This document shows, in pieces, positions 18,501-27,341 of a stretch of DNA of 32,000 bases. Position numbers and translations under genes: made by a program. The stretch lies in assembly GCF_000354175.2 (NCBI RefSeq), contig NC_022349.1:1560001-1592000 (forward strand), given 5' to 3'. The stretch comes from Vibrio alginolyticus NBRC 15630 = ATCC 17749 (GTDB lineage: Bacteria > Pseudomonadota > Gammaproteobacteria > Enterobacterales > Vibrionaceae). How positions within the stretch are numbered: the stretch's first letter is position 1; every line of letters begins with the position of its first letter. The notes under the pieces are model-generated. The model ran no database searches and was not told the origin of the DNA. It worked only from the letters and a program-made list of their open reading frames with translations.

Positions 18501-19242
18501 CATCAATTTTTTTCAGATTTTCAGTATGAAGATCTGCCAAACTGCCTTTCATTGCAGGAACAGAAAGGCTTAACGGCGCACCGGTTAAGTAATTGCTGAT
18601 GTCAGACAACAACGCAGATGGAGAGCTCCATAGCTGGCGAATTTCCCCAGCCAAGGTAAATGGTAACGGGTAGAAATTGCGACGCCAGTAATCGGCTACA
18701 ACTTGCGCTTTTAGGTGACTTTCATCGGTCACAAACTCGTTGTTAAATCGGCTGCCAGATTCAAACGCATTTTGCGTTAGCATACGTTGGCAAAAACCGT
18801 GAATGGTGTAGACCGCCGCCTCGTCCATCTGACGCTCTGCCTGCAATAAAATTTCTGCGGCTTGCTTGTGATCGTCAAACTCATTAAGCAAAGGTTGGAT
18901 CACCGGATCGGAACTCTGTCCACGCGCAAACGCGATTCGCGCGTCATGGATCCTTGCCCTGATACGATCGCGTAATTCCGCAGTTGCCGCTTCGGTAAAG
19001 GTTACGACCAGAATTTGGTCGACTGTAAGCGGTACGCGATGTCGAGTTTCCTCGCAGCCGTGACCAAGCAAAAGGCGCAGATATAAACCTGCAATAGTGA
19101 AGGTTTTACCTGTACCTGCTGATGCCTCGATTAACCTCGCGCCATGCAGAGGAAACGTCATCGGTTCTAGTGGCGTTGGTTGAGGTTGCTCTGTGCGGTC
19201 TAACGTATGTAGAGGACACTCTGCACCTGACATTTGATCCAT
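15559..19242 (-). CDS. recB: Exodeoxyribonuclease V beta subunit
   Basis: LIEASAGTGKTFTIAGLYLRLLLG, VAMIDEFQDTDPLQY, VTIHKSKGLEY, and the C-terminal nuclease motif GFIDLVFEHQGKYYVLDWKSN. 1227 aa. Confidence 0.95.
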   Translation of the reverse strand: MDQMSGAECPLHTLDRTEQPQPTPLEPMTFPLHGARLIEASAGTGKTFTIAGLYLRLLLGHGCEETRHRVPLTVDQILVVTFTEAATAELRDRIRARIHDARIAFARGQSSDPVIQPLLNEFDDHKQAAEILLQAERQMDEAAVYTIHGFCQRMLTQNAFESGSRFNNEFVTDESHLKAQVVADYWRRNFYPLPFTLAGEIRQLWSSPSALLSDISNYLTGAPLSLSVPAMKGSLADLHTENLKKIDELKAQWRESQDDFFTLISDSDINKRSYTKKSLPTWLEAVNAWAATETTGYDYPDKLEKFAQNVLLEKTSKGSAPQHAVFEAIETFLANPISLKAPLLAHAIEHCRVMLANAKNQKQWLSFDDLLTQLSASIDTDESELLAARIRTLYPVAMIDEFQDTDPLQYSIFSRIYLNNPECGLFMIGDPKQAIYGFRGADIFTYIKARNQVSAHYTLGTNWRSSADMVQAVNQVFALPDSPFIYDSDIPFLPVKYSPNAEKRIWTMGGQKQPALTYWLQEADDKPLPKGEYLTRMAEATASQIQTILTQAQQGQACLVNGEKQKAVQAGDIAVLVRTGSEGRMIKQALADKGIASVYLSNRDSVFTSSVAQDLQRLLQAVLTPENDRALRASLASELFALDAASLDALNNDEIVWENAVNEFKEYRKLWVQRGVLPMLRAVISKRHIAERLLEEGASSQGENGERVLTDLMHIGELLQQASNELDSDHGLLRWLAQSISDAENGLGGSDDQIQRLESERNLVQIVTIHKSKGLEYDLVFLPFVFSYREASEAKYYDAANDRTVLDITGNDASMKQADKERLAEDLRLIYVALTRAVYACFIGASPLRNGRSTKEPTGVHRSAIGYLIQNGQEGGINDLYQSLTKQQDELDCVVVADPPPQLEEKYVAPQEEIHDLSAKELQNPIDRNWRITSYSGLVKQGSHHAEHDATIEITGFDIDSSEEQDEADLVEPERSIFTFPRGARPGTFLHSLFEEIEFTQPATTEENTQIILGLMESEQLDEEWLPILQQLIDTVLATPLDGKSLLLNQKAPSQRLVEMEFLLPIEVLSAPALNRVIQRHDPLSAKAGDLGFQTVQGMLKGFIDLVFEHQGKYYVLDWKSNHLGDDVTSYHGEALKSAMADHRYDLQYQIYALALHRFLRSRLANYQYEQHFGGVYYLFLRGMDGQSDHGIFAAKPTLDFLQEMDRLIDGQVLETRSTQAGQMELL

Positions 19243-19560
19243 AACGCTGAATCTCTCCGGATTATTTACTAGGACGTATCACCTAATAAATGTGATCTAT
19301 AGTTAAAAATTCTATTAATATGTTTAACAAGTTGGATCATTTAGAGCTTTGTGAGATCTTTCTCACGGTTATCCATAAGACGTACCGTTAGTATGCGCCC
19401 CACGAGATAAGCCAAACCTTTTTGGCGGCACAACTCAAATGAATTAAACAAAAGTATCATGGTCCCTCTGACCTTGTGGCCGTACAGCGAACGCCCTACA
19501 AAAAATAATGATTTTCTGGCGGCCACCCTACTCTTCCTTCTCTTTATCCAACTTTCTTTA

Positions 19561-22500
19561 TCACGCTTTTACATCATCAGCGTCTTGAACCGCTAAGCGC
19601 GCACCTTGCAAAACTAATGCTGTCAGCAAACGAACTTCTGAGGCCAACTCATCATTCCAAGCAGGCCAAATTCGAGAGATGTACGCATTATTGCCTTCGC
19701 CCGGGCTCATGAAGCCATTATTGAATGCGTCAGCCATTTTCTTCAAAGATTTCTCTTCGTCATCGACCCACTGACCGCGGCTAAAGCCCGCTTCAACACA
19801 AGCCAACGCCGTTTTCGGGAAATAAGGCAAAGGCTTAGTCATGCCTTCGAAGAACAAGCGAACTAATTCAGTCAGTAGCTGTTTGGCATACTGCGCATCG
19901 GCAATTTCTGGGTAGATCAAATGCAGCGCGCCTTCTTTACGATCGTAACCAATGATGTGGGTTTTCTTAGCATGACCCGACGCCGACATGGCAAGGTGAT
20001 CGATCCACGCAGCAAGGTAATCCTGAGCTCGAATCTTACCGCTTCGGTAGCGAATCAACCCAGATTGGTAACACTGGGTTAGCCAACCTGTCAGACGAAC
20101 GTTTTTCTCTTCGCCTTCATTTCGCTCAAACAAGGAATCAAACGTCAGGTCGATTTCCAAATCGTCTTGAGGCGCACCAGATAAAAACGCCAGTTTATCC
20201 ACCAGCTCTTCCGCCTGAACTCGGTTGGTTTCAAATTCGATATCACCAAACGCCCCCACCGGCAGTTTGCCTTGCGCGCGCTGTTGACTCATAAAGTGTT
20301 TAAGCACCTCTGCTTTTTTCTCTGGCTGCGTCAATGTCGTTTCAAGCAAGGTTTCTAACAGCTCATCACGCATTTGATAGCTTTCCAAACCACCTAAAAC
20401 AAAGGGTTCGTCGTCTTCCATCACCGGCAGTGGCGGTTCAAAGATTACTTTTAAGCGACGATTGAAAAAATACTGCACCGGTAAGCGCCAGAAACGTTGC
20501 AACTCGACTAAGTCGAGCTCAAGTGGGAACGTCGCTCCTAACAGATAGTCGTCTAATGCCCGATTAAAATCACGACGAACATAGCCTTGCGATTGACTAC
20601 TTTGAGTCAATGCCGCTGGAATCCACTCTTTCGCGTAGCTGGCGTGCATGCCTTGGAACGCACTTGGGCTAAACGGCACCATGGCGTGGGCATTCACCAA
20701 CGCATTTAATAAGTTGTCGCCAGACTCATCAACGGGCAACGCTTCATCACCACTTAAACAATAGTTTTGGTGGCAGTATTCCATCAGCTCAGAAACCAGA
20801 ACCGAAGGTACTCGCTCGGTGTTGTCTTGGATTGAACGGCCAACATAACTGATGTAGAGCGTTTGCTGTGCAGACAACATCGCTTCGAGGAATAGGTAAC
20901 GGTCATCATCTCGGCGCGAACGGTCGCCCGGCTTGGTTCTTCCCGTCATCAAGTCAAAGCCTTCTGGCGGCATGGAGCGTGGGTACACGCCGTCATTCAT
21001 CCCCAGTAGACAAACGGTTCTAAACGGAATAGAGCGCATCGGCATCAGGGTACAAAAGTTCACTTGACCAGCCAGGAAGCGCTGGCTGACTCGTGTGCCA
21101 GATAATTTGTTTTGAAGGTATTGGCTGATGATCGACGGCGACAACGCATCATCAAATGCGGCATCAGCTAATTGCTCTTTGAGTTGACTGAGCGTATCGC
21201 GAATGGATTTGAGCGCCATTTCGCCTTCTAACTCAACTGAGAAAAAGTCATCCAGCAGTGAAACCAAAGTCTCTCGCCAACCATCAATAGTCTGAACATG
21301 AGAAAGTTTGCTTCGATAAGTGCTAATTTGTTGGATAAAGTGTGCCAACTTGCCCGCAAGCTCTGCACCCATGCCTTGCACTTCGTTGTACGGAGATAAA
21401 CTACCTTGCTCGGTTTCAAACAAGCCTGCGGATTCTGGCATCGCATAGCCGAGCAACATGCGTTGAATACCAAATTGCCACGTGTTTTGACGTGTTTCCG
21501 GCAGTTCAAATTCGCGTCCGGTATTGGCATCCAATCCCCAGCGAATCCCCGATTCCTCAACCCATTGTTTGGCTTGTAAGAAATCATCTTCGCTGAGTTC
21601 AAAACGCTTTAATATCGCCGGAGTTTCCAGAAGTTCGAGTAGTTCTGATGCCAAACAGCGCGTATTGGGTAAGTTCACCAACTGCATAAATGCGGCGAGA
21701 ATTGGGCTCTCTTGATCGGCGGTTCGGTCAGAAATCGAATAGGGAATAAAACGCTCACCCGGTGCGTTACCAAAGACCGCCTGAATCGCAGGGCTGTAAG
21801 CGTTGATGTCCGCGACCATCACGATAATATCGCGCGGTTTTAACGTTGGGTCAGCATCGAACATCGCCAATAGTTGATCATGCAGCACTTCCACTTCACG
21901 CATCGGGCTGTGACAAGCGTGTAGGCTCAGTGATTTATCACCCAAGCTAACCACTTGTTTGTGACGACTGTTTTCAATCTGTTGGTCATCTTGATGTTCT
22001 TCAAGATTGAGAATATCCGCTTGCAATTGATGGAGCAGACTGTCGCGCTCAACATCAACAAACGCTTCAATTTCATGAGACTCCAGCTGAGACAACAGAT
22101 ACATATTGTCACGCCCGAGTTTACCCATGGACGCCAACAGGCTGTTGCCGACCACATCGGTGTGCAGCTCATCGATCACATTATCTTCCAATGAGCCTTT
22201 CAGTTGCTCAGTTTCACCTTGCACTTCCGAGTGATCGTCCTGCCACACAACGTGCTGACGATGTTTCGCCGCCAAACGAGCCAGATACTTGCGATCTCGA
22301 ACTTCACCCCAGTAATAACGACACGGGTTGGTGAACATCAGATGCACATCGATATGCTCACCAATTGCTTTTAGCGCATCCATATAGCGAGGCGGTAACG
22401 AAGAAATGCCAAAAACAAACAAACGCTTGGGTAAATGGTCAAAATTGCCGTTAAAACTCGCTAACGTGTCGATAAAGTGCTCATAAAGGTTGGCACGGTG

Positions 22501-23052
22501 ATAAGGAGACTGCCCTAATGACACTGTGTGATCGTACAACGCTTGCCATAAGATCGGCTGCCACGGATGCTCATCTTCCAGCTCTGGCACACTCTGCCCA
22601 GCTTCCCAACTTGCGATCCATTCCGGACGATACACCAAGTAACCATCGAAAATATCGGCAATTTTCTCAGCCAGTTGATACAGCTTAGAGTGGTCACTGT
22701 CATCTTTGAGGTACTGCGCTAACGGCGAAAACACCTCTTGGTTGAGAAGCCCCGGCAGCAGATGCATCAACTTCCACGTCATCGCTTCTTTGTTAAACGC
22801 ACTGCGTTTTGGCACGTCTGGCAACACCTGCGTAAACATTTCCCAAATGAAGGTAGCAGGGAGCGGAAAATCAATGTTCGCGGCAACACCAAACTCTTTG
22901 GCCAATTCCATTTTTAGCCACTGGGACATGCCCGGACTTTGAACCAGAATTTGTTCTTTTTCGAACGGGTTTTCCAGCGGACTGATTCGAATCAGTTCGA
23001 CAAGGAGTGATTTAAGAACGTCAACTTGGTTGGAGTGATAAACAGTAAACAA
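19561..23052 (-). CDS. recC: Exodeoxyribonuclease V gamma subunit
   Basis: The typical RecC opening MFTVYHSNQVDVLKSLL, 1163 aa, and position upstream of recB-recD. Confidence 0.95.
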   Translation of the reverse strand: MFTVYHSNQVDVLKSLLVELIRISPLENPFEKEQILVQSPGMSQWLKMELAKEFGVAANIDFPLPATFIWEMFTQVLPDVPKRSAFNKEAMTWKLMHLLPGLLNQEVFSPLAQYLKDDSDHSKLYQLAEKIADIFDGYLVYRPEWIASWEAGQSVPELEDEHPWQPILWQALYDHTVSLGQSPYHRANLYEHFIDTLASFNGNFDHLPKRLFVFGISSLPPRYMDALKAIGEHIDVHLMFTNPCRYYWGEVRDRKYLARLAAKHRQHVVWQDDHSEVQGETEQLKGSLEDNVIDELHTDVVGNSLLASMGKLGRDNMYLLSQLESHEIEAFVDVERDSLLHQLQADILNLEEHQDDQQIENSRHKQVVSLGDKSLSLHACHSPMREVEVLHDQLLAMFDADPTLKPRDIIVMVADINAYSPAIQAVFGNAPGERFIPYSISDRTADQESPILAAFMQLVNLPNTRCLASELLELLETPAILKRFELSEDDFLQAKQWVEESGIRWGLDANTGREFELPETRQNTWQFGIQRMLLGYAMPESAGLFETEQGSLSPYNEVQGMGAELAGKLAHFIQQISTYRSKLSHVQTIDGWRETLVSLLDDFFSVELEGEMALKSIRDTLSQLKEQLADAAFDDALSPSIISQYLQNKLSGTRVSQRFLAGQVNFCTLMPMRSIPFRTVCLLGMNDGVYPRSMPPEGFDLMTGRTKPGDRSRRDDDRYLFLEAMLSAQQTLYISYVGRSIQDNTERVPSVLVSELMEYCHQNYCLSGDEALPVDESGDNLLNALVNAHAMVPFSPSAFQGMHASYAKEWIPAALTQSSQSQGYVRRDFNRALDDYLLGATFPLELDLVELQRFWRLPVQYFFNRRLKVIFEPPLPVMEDDEPFVLGGLESYQMRDELLETLLETTLTQPEKKAEVLKHFMSQQRAQGKLPVGAFGDIEFETNRVQAEELVDKLAFLSGAPQDDLEIDLTFDSLFERNEGEEKNVRLTGWLTQCYQSGLIRYRSGKIRAQDYLAAWIDHLAMSASGHAKKTHIIGYDRKEGALHLIYPEIADAQYAKQLLTELVRLFFEGMTKPLPYFPKTALACVEAGFSRGQWVDDEEKSLKKMADAFNNGFMSPGEGNNAYISRIWPAWNDELASEVRLLTALVLQGARLAVQDADDVKA

Positions 23053-23303
23053 ATTGGGAATACCGAGCGCCGATTGAAACTGTTAGCTAGCTTAGCACAG
23101 CCCTATTTAAACCCGCAGTGATCTCGTGTTCTGAAAAAAGTAAAAGGTTACATATCGCTCAAAATGGACAGAAAACATCACCTTTTCAAGGCGTAAGCAA
23201 AATCTTACACAGCCATACAAAATGTGACACTACTCGCAACTATTCCATAATAAAAACACTGTTTTATACTCCTCTACCCATAATTTATAAACAAACAAAA
23301 AGT

Positions 23304-25127
23304 ATGTTTCGCAAACTGTCTTCCAACAGCGCTTGGCTGATTGCTTTTTTTGCTTGCTTTGCAGTGTACCTGTCGATCGCTTGTTATCCTTTTGTGTTGT
23401 CTAACAATCAAAATGAACCGCTAACCTTGTTGCAAGGTTACTATTTGGTTTCGACTCAATATGGCTGGCTGGGCTTGATCGCTCTTCCATTTATGTTGTT
23501 GAGTTTATTGCTCTCTTTTCTACCGACTCGAGCATTCAAAGGTATCGTGATCGCTATCGCGATCTGTCTATTGATCATGTTTAAAGTCGATATCCTCGTT
23601 TTTCAGCAATACAAACTTCACATCAACGCCCTATTAATCCGTATGTTTTTCGAAGGTGGCGGTGATGTCTTCGATATTTCGTGGATGAGTTGGCTAATCT
23701 TCATCAGTGAAATTGCCATTCTGGTGATCGGGCTCGCTTGTACCGTTTGGGTAAGTAATCAACTGTCAGAAAGCCGAGCTAAGTTCGTTTTGATCAGCGT
23801 TTGGTTTGCTGTATTGCTTAGCACGCAGATGATTCATGCGTACAAAAACGCCCTTTACGACGATGAAGTCAGTCAGTTTTCGAATAACTGGCCACTTTAC
23901 TACCCGCTGACGGCTCGTAAATTTATTTACAAACACGACCTAGTGGATGAGAACATTGCATCTAAGAACCGCGTAGAGTTAACCAACATTGAACGTAGCT
24001 CACTCAACTACCCGCTTGCGCCGATTCAAGTGCAAAGCAAAGAGAAACAGCCCAATGTCTTGTTTATCTTGGTTGATGCGTGGCGCTACAGTGATGCGAC
24101 GCCGGAAGTCATGCCAAATGTCATTAAGTTCGCTGAAAAGACAGTGAATTTCACACAACATATGAGCGGCGGCAACTCAACTCAAGCGGGTATTTTCAGC
24201 CTGTTTTACAGCTTGCCCGCAACCTACTGGGAAAGCTTTTACGCAAGCCAACGCTCTCCTGTGTTTATGGATACGCTGCAAGCAGAAGGCTACCGCATGG
24301 GCATTTTTGGCTCGGCACCGCTCACCAGCCCGCCACTTTCTCGCACGGTATTCAAAAAAGTGTCGGACTTGACCCTGAAACAAACTGGGGAAACAGCAGT
24401 CGAGCGCGATCAGCAGATAACAGACAAGTTCATCGAGTTCCAAAAGCAGGACAGCGACAAACCGTACTTTGGTTTTCTGTTCTACGATGCCGCCCACGGT
24501 ACGGTGTTTCCCGAGCCTGAATTTGCGAAATTCAAACCATACTGGGAACGCGTTGACCACATTTTGCTCAACAACGATTTTGACGCTTCGCTTTACCACA
24601 ATCGATACAAGAACTCGTTGTACTACATCGATAGCTTGATTGGTGATGTGCTGAAAAACGTCGACTTAGACAACACCATTGTGGTGATTTCATCTGATCA
24701 TGGTGAAGAGTTTAACGACCATAAGATGAACTATTGGGGCCACACGGGTAACTACAGTGACGTTCAAGTACATGTGCCTCTTTACGTGTACATGCCAAAT
24801 CGTCAGCCAGAGCAAGTTGATTACCGCACGACCCATTTTGACGTCGTGCCAACCATGATGAATACGCTGTTTGACGTTCAAGGCACAACGAGTTCATACA
24901 GCGTTGGTCATAACTTGTTTGATAGCTCTGCCTCTCGCGATTGGTATATTGCAGGCAGCTACTACAACTATGCATTGGTCGGCAAAGAACTGATGCTTGT
25001 GGTCAATCCTGGCGGGCACTCTCAGCAACTGAATCGCCAGTTAAAAGTCGAGAAAGAACAGAAAGTTCCTGTCGATATCATTCGTCATTCTCTGGATGAG
25101 ATGTCGCGATTTTACAAAAAAGGCTAG
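23304..25127 (+). CDS. Inner-membrane protein with DUF3413 N-terminal TM domain and sulfatase/alkaline-phosphatase-family periplasmic domain (YejM/PbgA/LapC-like)
   Basis: WPLYYPLTARKFIYKHDLVD and FTQHMSGGNSTQAGIFSLFYS align with E. coli YejM LPLSYPMTARRFLEKHGLLD and FTRHMSSGNTTDNGIFGLFYG. About 5 N-terminal TM helices. SSDHGEEF metal-site-like motif. The start is taken at ATG 23304 (MFRKLSS...). The ORF-track start at 23118 adds 62 non-membrane residues across the divergent promoter region. Confidence 0.82.
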   Translation: MFRKLSSNSAWLIAFFACFAVYLSIACYPFVLSNNQNEPLTLLQGYYLVSTQYGWLGLIALPFMLLSLLLSFLPTRAFKGIVIAIAICLLIMFKVDILVFQQYKLHINALLIRMFFEGGGDVFDISWMSWLIFISEIAILVIGLACTVWVSNQLSESRAKFVLISVWFAVLLSTQMIHAYKNALYDDEVSQFSNNWPLYYPLTARKFIYKHDLVDENIASKNRVELTNIERSSLNYPLAPIQVQSKEKQPNVLFILVDAWRYSDATPEVMPNVIKFAEKTVNFTQHMSGGNSTQAGIFSLFYSLPATYWESFYASQRSPVFMDTLQAEGYRMGIFGSAPLTSPPLSRTVFKKVSDLTLKQTGETAVERDQQITDKFIEFQKQDSDKPYFGFLFYDAAHGTVFPEPEFAKFKPYWERVDHILLNNDFDASLYHNRYKNSLYYIDSLIGDVLKNVDLDNTIVVISSDHGEEFNDHKMNYWGHTGNYSDVQVHVPLYVYMPNRQPEQVDYRTTHFDVVPTMMNTLFDVQGTTSSYSVGHNLFDSSASRDWYIAGSYYNYALVGKELMLVVNPGGHSQQLNRQLKVEKEQKVPVDIIRHSLDEMSRFYKKG

Positions 25128-25154
25128 TGTCCAACATCGACGCCGATTGAAATA

Positions 25155-25190
25155 AAAAAGCCTCTTGGTTGTAAGACCAAGAGGCTTTTT
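25155..25190. terminator. Bidirectional Rho-independent terminator between the convergent YejM-like and TDT transporter genes
   Basis: AAAAAGCCTCTTGGT-TGTAAG-ACCAAGAGGCTTTTT: a perfect stem flanked by an A-run and a T-run. Confidence 0.9.
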
Positions 25191-25202
25191 CCTATCTGCT
25201 AT

Positions 25203-26177
25203 TTAAGCGTGATGAGCGTGCATCAAGCGTGGTTGAATCAACAAGTTGTTGATGTATTGTAAGGCCACATAAGAGACAACAAATGTTGCCACAATCAACT
25301 CAAGACCAGCTAAGCCGCGCACTTGTTGAACATAGTGCGCAGCCAATCCTTGCAACTCCATCCAATTCGCCATTTTAAACAGAGCCGTCGCACCGATCAC
25401 CATCGGGAAGGTAAACGCTGCATAGCCAGGGCTGAATGGCAGTCTAAGCAATTTAAAGAACGCGAGATATATGATGGCTGTCATCAATACCGCGATACCA
25501 AATAGCATAGCGATGATCACTGGTGATGGTGTCGCAGTGACCGTTAAGTACCCTGCCAATGATAGACTTGCTGGCGCTGCCATGATTGCCATTGTTGGTT
25601 TCGCTGCATCCGGAATTTCATGGGTGAACATGAAACGGTAAATCATCATCGGCAACATGATCGCGTACGCCACCATACCAAACATCAATGCACCTTGTGC
25701 CACTGGTGCTAGCATCGGGTTGCCAGAGAAAGACACATCCGCAACGATGATACCCACAGGCGGTACAAACCAACTAGGAACCATGTGGTGCAATTCAAAA
25801 TCTTTGGCGCGATGGTAAACAAAGCTCACCAAGAATACGATGTGCAAAACCACCGCAATCAGCCAAAGCGCATCGCCAGCTAATGGGTAAAAATGGCCGA
25901 GAGAGTTCGATACCACCATAGTGCCCATCGCAAATGTCGGAACCACGCTGCCCACAACCGGATGAGCAAGATCTTGTCTCAATAGATGATTATGTAGCAA
26001 AAACTTGGTTGCCAATATAGCCAACAATATGCTCGCGATACCCGCACTAATCCACTGTCCGTAGCCATGTAATTCGGCGAAGTTTTCCCAACTCCAGCCC
26101 AAGCTTGCAATACCAAGAGCCAAACCCGCCATTGGAGTTGGTGCTCCCATTACTTTTGCTTTTGTTCTTTGAATCAT
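25203..26177 (-). CDS. TDT (tellurite-resistance/dicarboxylate transporter, TehA/SLAC1-like) family membrane transporter
   Basis: A roughly 10-TM hydrophobic protein. The N-terminal MGAPTPMAGLALGIASLGWSWE is typical of TehA-like proteins. The start is taken at ATG 26177 (GAGG Shine-Dalgarno 6 nt upstream). The ORF track uses GTG 26198. Confidence 0.8.
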   Translation of the reverse strand: MIQRTKAKVMGAPTPMAGLALGIASLGWSWENFAELHGYGQWISAGIASILLAILATKFLLHNHLLRQDLAHPVVGSVVPTFAMGTMVVSNSLGHFYPLAGDALWLIAVVLHIVFLVSFVYHRAKDFELHHMVPSWFVPPVGIIVADVSFSGNPMLAPVAQGALMFGMVAYAIMLPMMIYRFMFTHEIPDAAKPTMAIMAAPASLSLAGYLTVTATPSPVIIAMLFGIAVLMTAIIYLAFFKLLRLPFSPGYAAFTFPMVIGATALFKMANWMELQGLAAHYVQQVRGLAGLELIVATFVVSYVALQYINNLLIQPRLMHAHHA

Positions 26178-26207
26178 GATGACCTCAACCAGACTCACTC
26201 TTTATGG

Positions 26208-26222
26208 AGCGTATAATACGCT
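26208..26222. promoter_or_regulatory. Perfect 15-bp palindrome in the LysR/TDT divergent intergenic region (candidate LysR-type operator)
   Basis: AGCGTAT-A-ATACGCT. It embeds a consensus TATAAT hexamer (26212-26217), lying 31 nt from the transporter start and 65 nt from the lysR-family start. Confidence 0.4.
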
Positions 26223-26286
26223 TGCACTTCGTTCCGATATATCTAATTATTTAAAACAAACGTTCAAAATTACTTAACGGTGGGGT

Positions 26287-27213
26287 ATGGCAAGTCACAT
26301 TTCTCTTAAACAACTGAAAGTGTTTACGACGATCACGCAGCACAAAACGCTCACAGCAGCTTCTGATAGTCTCTTTTTATCAAAAGCCGCTGTGAGCATG
26401 GCACTCTCAGAATTAGAAAAGCAGATCGGCCATCACTTGTTTGATCGTGTTAATAACCGACTGATTTTGAACCAAGAAGGTCAAAAGCTACTGCCACTGG
26501 CGGATGAATTACTCAACCGAGCCAAGGACATCGAGAGCATTTTCGATGGTGACCAAGCGCTATCGGGCCAACTTCGCATTGGTGCCAGCGACACCATTGG
26601 CAACCAAGTCGCGCCCTATTTGCTTAGCGAATTTCGTCAGCAAACGAACCATCGTTCTCAAAGCCTGTTCATTTCTAACTCCGCACAAATCTGCGACATG
26701 CTGACCGATTACGAGTTAGACATAGCCCTCATTGAAGGCAAAACACTTCACCCTGAATTGCAGTCTACCCAGTTTAGCGAAGATGAAATGTGCGTGATTT
26801 GCGCGACCAATTCCCCAGCCGCGCACGAAGGGCCAGTAAACTTAACCGAGCTAGAAAACAGTGAATGGATATTGCGAGAGGCAGGCTCTGGTTCACGCGA
26901 ATTTTTTATGCGCGTTGTCGCGCCGCGCTTGGAACATTGGCATGAAGCTTTTCAGCTCAATACCACCGAAGCGCTGATCAACTCAGTATCGGCAGGGTTA
27001 GGCTTAGGTTGCTTGTCACGTTTGTCTGCAGAACCTGCTATTCGTGACGGCCGCGTAAAACTGCTCGACATGCCTTTAGATATGAAACGTCGCTTCTGGT
27101 TACTGGTTCATAAAGAGAAATATCAAAGCCCATTGCTCAAAACGTTTATCGAATTTTGCCAAGATTGGGAGCGACCAACAAACCTTCCTTTGGCGGACAA
27201 ATCCGCAAAGTGA
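26287..27213 (+). CDS. LysR-family transcriptional regulator
   Basis: N-terminal wHTH (LKQLKVFTTITQHKTLTAASDSLFLSKAAVSMALSELEKQIGHHLFDR) plus a LysR substrate-binding domain. Divergent from the TDT transporter, the usual LTTR-target layout. Confidence 0.9.
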   Translation: MASHISLKQLKVFTTITQHKTLTAASDSLFLSKAAVSMALSELEKQIGHHLFDRVNNRLILNQEGQKLLPLADELLNRAKDIESIFDGDQALSGQLRIGASDTIGNQVAPYLLSEFRQQTNHRSQSLFISNSAQICDMLTDYELDIALIEGKTLHPELQSTQFSEDEMCVICATNSPAAHEGPVNLTELENSEWILREAGSGSREFFMRVVAPRLEHWHEAFQLNTTEALINSVSAGLGLGCLSRLSAEPAIRDGRVKLLDMPLDMKRRFWLLVHKEKYQSPLLKTFIEFCQDWERPTNLPLADKSAK

Positions 27214-27276
27214 AACCAAGATAGTTTAAATGCTAGTCAGTTAGTTGTACGTGTCTCTCATTCTGAGGCTTGTCGC

Positions 27277-27312
27277 TAGACTTGATTGGTCAAAAACTGT
27301 ATAAAAAGCCAG
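27277..27312 (+). promoter_or_regulatory. yebG promoter with overlapping LexA (SOS) box
   Basis: -35 TAGACT (27277-82), a 17-bp spacer, and -10 TATAAA (27300-05). The LexA box CTGTATAAAAAGCCAG (27297-27312) fits CTGT-N8-ACAG with one mismatch and resembles the E. coli yebG box as I recall it. Confidence 0.7.
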
Positions 27313-27341
27313 TATCAATACACCAAATTAGGGGACCAACC

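Noticed and set aside
19341-19526. 61-aa minus-strand ORF in the recC-recB spacer.
   Set aside because: It has a GTG start with no Shine-Dalgarno, an odd composition, overlapping hairpins and no similarity I recognise. I treat it as non-coding spacer.
15588-23052. Many 60-125-aa ORFs inside recB and recC, either antisense or same-strand out of frame (for example 15588-15935, 17237-17539, 21228-21602, 21927-22172, 22706-22942). Similar ORFs lie inside other genes (for example 280-558, 1532-1810, 4301-4696, 24177-24599, 30678-31028).
   Set aside because: They are shadow ORFs lying entirely within well-supported long genes. They have low-complexity or Ser/Arg/Cys-rich composition and no independent start signals.
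23118-23303. Long N-terminal extensions offered by the ORF track. This one covers the YejM-like gene. The same issue arises at 30109-30156 (dapD), 27270-27341 (yebG), 28088-28132 (IscU-like), 9409-9459 (tcdA), 10612-10686 (mltA), 965-1003 (ECF sigma) and 26178-26198 (TDT).
   Set aside because: The extensions run through promoters, operators or terminators and lack a Shine-Dalgarno. They would also bury signal peptides or add residues absent from the homologues I recall. Internal starts with proper Shine-Dalgarno spacing fit better.
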